A stretch of DNA of 64,000 bases from Eledone cirrhosa. Taxonomy: Eukaryota. Of this stretch, positions 54,775 through 64,000 are shown in pieces (the first letter of the stretch is position 1; each line of letters starts with the position of its first letter). The stretch spans positions 97,402,001 through 97,466,000 of the forward strand of contig OZ024745.1 in the NCBI GenBank assembly GCA_964016885.1. Direction: 5' to 3'. The notes beneath the pieces were generated by a model. The model was not told the DNA's origin. It did not search any database and saw nothing but the letters and a program-made list of their open reading frames with translations. The position numbers and the translations under genes were made by a program.

Positions 54775-55163
54775 TGATGGTTTCTAATTTAGGCACAAGG
54801 CCAACAAATTTGAGGGGAAGGGCAAATTTGATATAATCAACTCCAGTACTTTACTAGTACTTCATTTTATCGACCTTGGAAGGATGAAAGGCAAAGATGA
54901 CCTTGGTAGGATTTGAACTCAAAGGTTAAAAGAGCTACAGTCAAATACTATAAAGCATTTTGTCAGATGCTCTAACAATTCTGGGAGAGGAAGGAAAAGT
55001 TGATTAAATCAACCCTATAACTTGATGGGTACTTTATTTTATCGACCCTGGGGGCATAAAAGGCAAAGTTGACCTCAGTGGGATTTGAACGTAAAGAGTC
55101 ATAATTAAATGCCACAAAGCATTTTGTCTGACATCTTGAGTGGTTCTGCAAATCTGCCACCCT
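54775..55163 (-). mobile_element. Older SINE copies (tandem pair)
   Basis: Diverged cores at ~54860-54920 and ~55030-55090. Confidence 0.75.
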
Positions 55164-55701
55164 TATTCTAATAATAAAGACAATATTAATAATACTTTTG
55201 TATAGCTGCATATAAATAAAAACAAGTTTATTGTATTTGGTTCAAGCATTTTACAACTAAATAATGAATAATAATTAATACTTATTTAAAGTAGTTTTTG
55301 TCATCTATGTTGTCCTTTTGCACACAAAAGTATGCAAAAACAAAAAATATTCAAAATAAATTAAAAGCTTATATAGTGATTTTTTTCTTCTGTATTTTCA
55401 TGTTTTAAAAATCAAAATACGATTTCAATCAAGAATGGAGCAAAAATCATTGATACCAAAGCTAAATAAATGATACACGATTGATACCAAAGATATATCA
55501 TTATTGTAAAGCAATGATAATATCAATATTACAGTGATATCTATTGATAGATCAAAGTTGTACAATTGGTATGTGTATGTGTATATATAATATATATATA
55601 TATATACACACATAAAAACACACATACAATTATATATACATACACACAAAGATACATATATATATGCACATAAAGATATATATATACATACACACACACA
55701 C

Positions 55702-55734
<33 letters not shown>

Positions 55735-55745
55735 CATATACATAC

Positions 55746-55834
<89 letters not shown>

Positions 55835-56177
55835 TATATAGAGATATAGATATACATATATAAGAGATACATCAATGTATTAACACTGATACCTCTCTGA
55901 AGTCGATTGTCTCTTTACAGCTAGTTTTATAGTTTTATTTATTTGTTTATTGATCAGATAAACAGATGAAACCAGAAAACAGACTGGAATTAAAATATGA
56001 AAAGAAAACTTTCTTAATAAGCAATAACATTTGATCACTAACAAGGCTCTACATTAAACACAACCAAAGGGATTAGAAAAAGGATAAATATGATGATGAC
56101 AATGATGATGATGATATTGGTGGTGGTGGTGGTGGTGGTGGTGATATTGATAATGATAATAATAAAATTAGTAATAA

Positions 56178-56420
56178 CCCTTTTGATACCAAACTGCCTA
56201 AAACTGATACAAAGCTGTTAATTTTTAAATGTATATATTAATCTAAAAACCTTCTATCATAATTTTATGTAAGAACCTTTGTTCAGTTATGTTCCAAATA
56301 CCAGCTTAATAATGAGAAAATTAGTTTTATTACTAAATCCCTCCAAATTCTTGATTATTTTCATAATTTATTTGAAAATCATAGGCAGTGTATTTCATTA
56401 GAAACATGGTAATAAATGGG
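56178..56420. mobile_element. TTAA-type MITE, degenerate
   Basis: ATAA|CCCTTTTGATACC ... GGTAATAAATGGG|TTAA. Confidence 0.5.
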
Positions 56421-56652
56421 TTAAGTTAATTTGTATCATAGGCACAAAGCCACCAATTTGTTTGTGTGGTATGGGGGAAGGGGGAATTATAGTTGATTTG
56501 ACTGGTGGGACTTATATTATCAACCTTGGAAAGATGAAAGGCAAAGTTGACCATGGCGTGTTTTGGACAAAGTATTTTGTCCATCACACTCATTTTTCTT
56601 CCATGCCACCACTAAATTTAATGATAATGATAATACAATATATATGTGTATA

Positions 56653-56721
<69 letters not shown>

Positions 56722-57529
56722 TTATATATGTGTATATATATACACACAGTACATTTTGCACATACGAAAATAAAAACAGAAACTAACCAAACCAAAGAAT
56801 GGGTGAGAATGCCACAACTAACCATTTCATCATTTATGTAGTTTTCATCAACAAAACATCCATATGTGCAAATTATGAAGTCTCCACATATGCATACATA
56901 TAGTTAAAACAATTACCAATATGCATATATCATGTCATATACACTAGTAATATATATAGATGCAGCTGTGCATGTACATGTCTATTGTATGCATTAATAT
57001 TAAACCAACATATATGAATCACAAGCATCCAATATTTTGTTTGTTTTGGGTTTTGCTTGCTTTAATTTAAATGTCATGACATTGTTTCTATTTTTGATGG
57101 TGTTAAATCTTCATTTGTTTTTAGCTTCTCTTAAAAACTATCAGACATATTTCAACTGTGGAAAATAAAACAGCATTTAAGGTTTCACCCTGGAGCACCA
57201 ATACAGTTTAAAATTTTTCCAGCTTCATAAGAAAATAAAAAAAAAACTACAAAAAAAAACAAACAAACATACACAAATCTACAGAAATCAGTAACAGTGA
57301 ATAACGAGATATGTATTTGAAGAATTGGACTCAAAGCCATCTATTTTTTTAATTGTTTTTCTTTTTTTTCTAACTCAAAACTACAGATATGAGAACATGA
57401 GAAGGAACTTAATGCCCACATATCTGCAATGGAGACATGAAACTGAGTTTCAAAATAATAGTAATGATAGTAGTAATAATCTCCTGTGTATCATTCCAAT
57501 TTTAGTATATGTACGGCTAAAGCAAGTAC

Positions 57530-57564
<35 letters not shown>

Positions 57565-57673
57565 TAATTGTTTCTAGTATAGGCTCAATCAAGGCCATAA
57601 ATCTGGGGGAAGGGGGGGTCAATCAATTAAATCAACCTTAGTACATCACTGGTACTTTGCTTTATTGACCCTG

Positions 57674-57719
<46 letters not shown>

Positions 57720-58904
57720 TAAAAACAAAAACAAAAACGGAGACAAAAATAATTTGAAACATGAAAAAATTGATGAAATACAATCTTCAAAATTTGCATG
57801 TAAAATCCAGTTTCCAATGTTGAATGTATAATGATCTTTTTAAATTTATGATAATTTATTAAATATATATATGGCTGATAACATTAAGTGGTAATGCAAT
57901 TTCTCTTTGCATACATTGGATGAAGTTTCTAAATAATTAACTAAAACAATTATGTGCCCACATCGTTTTTGTTTAATTAAATGCAATCAATGGACCCAGG
58001 AATATAAATTATTCAATTTTTAACTTTTATTTCTTTGGAAATGTTTTGACATTTGCAAGTAAACCACTGAATAGTGTATATAAAGTTTATCATGAAAAGA
58101 AAAAAAAAAGAATTTTAAAATCTTATCCAAGTTTTACTTGGCTTTTTTTTTAAATACAAAAAACAAAAACAAACTAAAGACAAGATTCCTTACAGAAAAT
58201 ATTTGATGACAATTATTTTGTGTAGCAAAACTTTCAAGTTGAGAACATAGCAACATCAAATGAAAAGAAATATTTATATTGTGGAGAAAAAATGGAGCCC
58301 TTTGAAGGGTAAAGATAGTAAATGTATCAAGTTCATTTAGGAGATAAAAGTTTCAAAGAGAGAATTTATAGAATATAATAAGCTGGGCTTAGGTATACTC
58401 TACTCGGACCGGCAGAAAACAAAACAAAAAACAAACCAAAAAAAAAAGAAACTATAAAAACAAAACAAAACATTGCCATTTCCTGTTCTTGTACATTATA
58501 ATGATGATGATGATGATGATGATGATGTTGATAATAATAATAATAATGATGATTTCTACATAGGCACAAGGCCAGAAATTTGGTGGGAGGGGCTATTGAC
58601 AGTAGTTTTTAAATGGTACTTGAATTTATTGACCCCTAAAAGGATGAAAGGCAAAACTGACCACAGCGGGATTTGAAATCAGAATGCAAAGAGCTGGAAC
58701 AAACACCAAAAGGCATTCCATCCAATACTTTAAAGACTCAGAAGCATAAAGCCAGAATTTCATTTAAAAGAAAAAATATAATCTGATCCCTTCAACCAGC
58801 CCACAGTATATTACTGATATATATTTATTTCATTGAGCCCCAGAGAGATGAAAGGCAGACAACACTGCTGTAATTTTAAACTCGGAATATTTATGATGAA
58901 ACTA

Positions 58905-59140
58905 AATGTCATAAGACATTATGTCTGCTGCTCTGGTGACTGCCATCATATGCCATAGGGTACTCTGTATGCTGCTCTGGTGACCACCATCAAATGCCAT
59001 AAGACATTGTCTGCTGCTCTGGTGACTGTCATAGGAGTATTCTGTCTGGTGCTCTGGCGACCACCATCAAATGCCATAAGACATTGTCTGCTGCTCTGGT
59101 GACTGTCATAGGGTACTCTGGAGACCACTATCAAATGCCC
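58905..59140. repeat. Minisatellite with alternating ~35-bp subunits
   Basis: TGCTGCTCTGG(T/C)GAC recurs ~5 times, alternating with CCATAAGACATTG and CATAGG(G/A)GTA. Confidence 0.8.
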
Positions 59141-59303
59141 TTCAAAATAGTATTAATGACAATTTCTAACCTGAGCAGAAGAACATTTATGTATAGATGA
59201 CTTCAACATGATTTGAAATCAGAATACAAAGGTAGACACAACTAAATATAAGGTAGCCTTTGTATTTAGTTTAGCTCTCTACTGATCTTGTCATCCACTG
59301 CTC

Positions 59304-59680
59304 AAATAATTGTTTCTACTTTAGGCACAAGGCCAGCAATTACTCAGTGCATTACTGGTACTTTTATTTTATCGACCTCGGCGGGATTTGAACTCAGATC
59401 GTAAAGGGACGTAACTATGCTGGAAAGCATGGTGTCTGACCCTCTACCGATACTGCCAATCCACCACCATGCTCAAATAATGATTATTTCTAGCATTGGC
59501 ACAAGGCCAGAAACTTGAAGGAAGGGGACAGTCAGTACTTAACTAATACTTTGTTTTATCGACCCCAAAAAGGATGAAAGGCAAAGTTGACATCAGTGAG
59601 ATTTGAGTCCAGGACATAGCCATAACTAAATACTGCAAAGCATTTTGACTGACACTCTACCGGCTCTGCCAATCCATCCC
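59304..59680 (-). mobile_element. Two adjacent SINE copies
   Basis: Family head and core motifs; first copy has an internal core deletion; more diverged copies at ~56436-56610, ~57567-57675, ~58550-58740. Confidence 0.8.
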
Positions 59681-59942
59681 ATTATACTATCAACGATAAT
59701 GATAATACCAATGATAACAATAATAATAATAATATTAATGGTGGTGATGGTAATGATGAAGACATGCTTTCCTTGATTTGAACATATAATTCTCATTTTT
59801 AAAAAAGTGTTTCCAATGGTTTCAATTTTAAGGGATAATTATGCATAGATACTGCAATAATTAAGCATCACAAATTAAACACATATGCATATACAGATAG
59901 TAGTTGGAATATATATACATATACATGTGTATATATATATAC

Positions 59943-60019
<77 letters not shown>

Positions 60020-60359
60020 TAAACAAAATATGATACAATACCAATATGAAATGGCGTCAACTATTGTCAACTGACACTATATGTACGGATGGTGATCAAC
60101 CAAATCTGAAAACACCTATTTGATAGAAATGGTTGATCGGTAAAAGGTAAAGACACTTATTGCCAAATGTGGTTTAATTAACAATATTAATTAATTACAT
60201 TTAAAATATTTCAAACATCGAACAAAGACATTTAAATTTAAACATCATTAAAACCCAACAACTAATGTAACAGTTGTTGTTGTTGCTGTTGTTTAACCCC
60301 AGGTCAACCACCATCAAACAAAAGTATGATCAAAAGCATTTGACCAATATTTTTGCATG

Positions 60360-60392
<33 letters not shown>

Positions 60393-60674
60393 CCAGGGAT
60401 TACGTTGCCCAGTATATATTATTGTTTACAATGGTTGGGTGTGACTTGTGGAAGATTTTGAGTGCTATTTCTAGCAGGTCGAGCAACTATGTAGAGGCTT
60501 GTTCTATGGCTCCTAACACCTAACATAGTTGAAAAAGGTGTAATGGGCAACAACTACAAAATTTATACTAAAAATTGTGAATACAAATATAATATACATA
60601 CACATATATATATATATATAATGTATGTATATATACATATATATATATACACATAAACATACATATACACACAC

Positions 60675-60720
<46 letters not shown>

Positions 60721-61316
60721 GTCTGTGTGTGTGCATATTTATGATGAAAGCTATTCAATTATTTTCTATGGAAATGTTTTTTTTTTTTTAACCAAATCAT
60801 TTTAAAACCTTCCAGCTCACTGCAATATGGAAATTGTGGGTAAGAAATATATATACATATAGATAAACATGTGTAGATAGCTGTGTGCGTGTGTGTATAC
60901 ATTCACACACACATGCATTCATGTATATGTGTGTGTAAATTGTTATATCTTCATAAATATTGACAAAAGCCTTGTCTTAACAGATGAAATACAATAAGAT
61001 AAAAGAAATGGAGCACAAAAGATTTTACTTTAAGCAGTTAAAACATCTTTTGACAATTTAATAATACACAATCGCACAGCGCAGATATGCACATCATGCA
61101 CAACCCCACAAAATATGCAGATGCAACATATTTTATAATACAGAACTTGCTCATGAGAAATCAGAACAAATCTTTTAAGAAGAAAATTTGTTCTGGATAA
61201 AGAATATACATTGAAAGATACAGACTAAAATTAACATGATAGTTACATGTAGATACAAATATAGAAAAAACCCAATTGGGCTAGATGTATTTTTGATCTG
61301 ATATATATATGTATAT

Positions 61317-61386
<70 letters not shown>

Positions 61387-61557
61387 GTATACATATATAT
61401 ATATATATATATATGTATACATATATATATATATATGTATACATATACATATATATATAAATATATATATACAAACACATATATATACATACATATATAA
61501 ATATGCATGATATATGTATATATATATACATACATATATAAATATGCATGATATATA

Positions 61558-61622
<65 letters not shown>

Positions 61623-62345
61623 ATATATCTTGATTTTTTTTTTTTTTTTTACTTTTGAAAAATTTTCTTTAAGACAATAAAAATGATGAAAAAAACGAAA
61701 CTAAAATAATAATAACAAGAGTAAAATTAACTTTTTAGCAGAATTTCTGGGGGAAGACATTGTTTCTGGCAGAAAATATACCCATACAAAACACAACCAT
61801 CCAAGTGTTAACACAGTAAAAAAATAGCAGTTCTCAACAGGTGCAATGATCGCTTAAAGCTTTCAAAGAGCTACTGGAATATTGATTTGGAATATTTTCA
61901 AAATTTGAAAGGAGACAAAAAAAAAATTGTAACACACGTATGCATATATGTGTTTGTGTACGTCATCATAATCATTTTGTGTTCGTTTCAATGATGACAT
62001 ATACATTATATATATATGTATATATATATATGTGTATATATATATATGTGTATATATACATATATATGTGTGTATGTATATAGATGTAGACATATATGAA
62101 GATATATGTATATATGTATATATATATATGTGTACACACACACATATATACATATATATGTATGTATGTATGTATGCTTGAATATATATAGATATTGGAC
62201 AGCTTTTCAAATGAAATTGACATATCAAAATGACATTAAGTTCAGTAGTTAGGTGAAAGTTTATAACAGAGCTAGATACTTTATAACCAGTTCATATAAT
62301 TTACACTGTTTAGTTTTATCTTTTTTTTTTTTATAAATTTTTCAT

Positions 62346-62382
<37 letters not shown>

Positions 62383-62721
62383 GTAATGATAATGATAATC
62401 ATTGTTTTTTAATCTTTTACTTATTTGTTGAGAAAATAACTTTAAAAAATAAAAAAATTATGGCAAAATATAAATTTTTAAGATGAGAATAGTGAATGGT
62501 AAGATAGATACTGTTCAGAAAAATATGATCCGATAAGGGAGGGTGGATAATACCTATCTGTGGAAAAAATGGCACTGCTATAGAAATGACGCAAAGGAAA
62601 TTTGAAAATAGAAATTGCAAATGTCAATTATATTACATACATATGTACATATATATGTATATCTATATATATGTATGTATATATATATGTGTATATATAT
62701 ATTTATATATTATATATATAA

Positions 62722-62753
<32 letters not shown>

Positions 62754-62772
62754 TATATAAATATAAATATAT

Positions 62773-62803
<31 letters not shown>

Positions 62804-62808
62804 ATATA

Positions 62809-62852
<44 letters not shown>

Positions 62853-64000
62853 AGTGTTTATATATATGAGTGTGCATATATGTATATGTATATATATATA
62901 TATTTATATATATATATATACACACACACAATAAACCTTATGATCGGATGTTTTCAACAGATTTTGTAAAGATTAGCAAACTAGGAACCAGAATGTTTAA
63001 ATTTTATTTAAATTTAAATTCAAGGATATGAAATCTAATGGTTTCTTTGTGTTTTTGAGGAACGAGAAAATGAGCTGTTGTAATGTTCATGCCTTTATGA
63101 AAGGCAAATAGTGACATAAATGAAATGAAGCAAACTAACTTCTTTAACCAGGAACCAGTAAACAAATGAATGCATATCACAGACTCACCTTGCTGGTGAG
63201 TGTGCCTCTTCTTAATGACATTCACCTTGAAATAATGTAAATATTTTTGATTTAAAAATGTGTAGTCCCACAGGCCCCATATTTATAAACAGTGGAACTG
63301 AGATGCTGTGACATTCATACCATGTAAAGACTGCTGACCATAAAGCTGTATAGATAAAGTTAAATGACCACAACCATGTCCAGACACATTCTGCTGGGAG
63401 GTCAATAAAATTCTATAGTATCTGGAGGTAAAACAACCATTTATTTCTTAAAAAGTCTCAGGAATCATTGAAAGCTTCTGCTGACATCTCCAAGATTCTC
63501 ACAATCTAAAATCCTTGTTTCTTTTCTTTGCTATGTGTTCTTTATATTTGTTTTTTTGGTGCTTTTTTTTTTGCTCTATTTATTTTTCATTTTCTTTTTT
63601 TCTTTTTTTTTCTTTTTTAGTAAATTACTAAGAAAATTCTTCAGAGGGATATCAATAAAATTATTTCTTTCTCATTTTGTTGCATTGACAAACTTACATA
63701 CACTACACACATGCATATATATATATGTGTGTATGTGTATATTTATATACACACACACACACAACTATGTATACATATATATACATACACACACACACAC
63801 GAAACACATGTTGTTCATATGTGTGTGTAATTGAATACGTGGAGAAAAAGAGAGAAAGGAAAGCAAGGTGTGTATATAATGAGATATAGAAACATCTAGT
63901 GAAGGTATTTGGCAAGTATAGTATAAATAGGAGCCACAGTAGTGCAGTGTAAGAAAGGAAATCAATTTTAATTGCTTTACAAGGTAAATAAAGGGGCAGG

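Noticed and set aside
63183-63235. 37-nt minus-strand micro-exon with a GTGAGT donor
   Set aside because: Weak AAG acceptor and no supporting neighbouring exons

Overview
Eukaryotic, AT-rich, microsatellite-dense animal genomic DNA. The repeat repertoire strongly suggests an octopus (coleoid cephalopod), but that is inference. I see no intact host gene; most short ORFs in the track are translations of (TA)n/(CA)n repeats. The window is a stack of nested transposons. (1) A near full-length decayed Helitron (20169-27301, +) plus a near-identical 2.25-kb inverted copy of its 5' end (12351-14600), arranged head-to-head. (2) Between them, a Penelope-like element (PLE; RT with YRDD plus C-terminal GIY-YIG, 17136-19818) with an inverted pseudo-LTR, and five hammerhead-ribozyme-like motifs within about 4.3 kb. 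(3) A Buster/Charlie-type hAT (35680-39142) inside a TTAA MITE. (4) A non-autonomous Helitron inside a hAT MITE. (5) A Neptune-like PLE 3' remnant inside another hAT MITE. Also present: RTE-derived fragments, many tRNA-derived SINEs, minisatellites and foldback MITEs. The best leads are the hammerhead-bearing modules sitting in (TA)n tracts, the nested inverted-repeat architecture, and the PLE protein with two long low-complexity insertions. About 42.5-64 kb is ordinary intron/UTR-like AT-rich sequence. All calls were made by eye; ends not anchored by a TIR or TSD are approximate.
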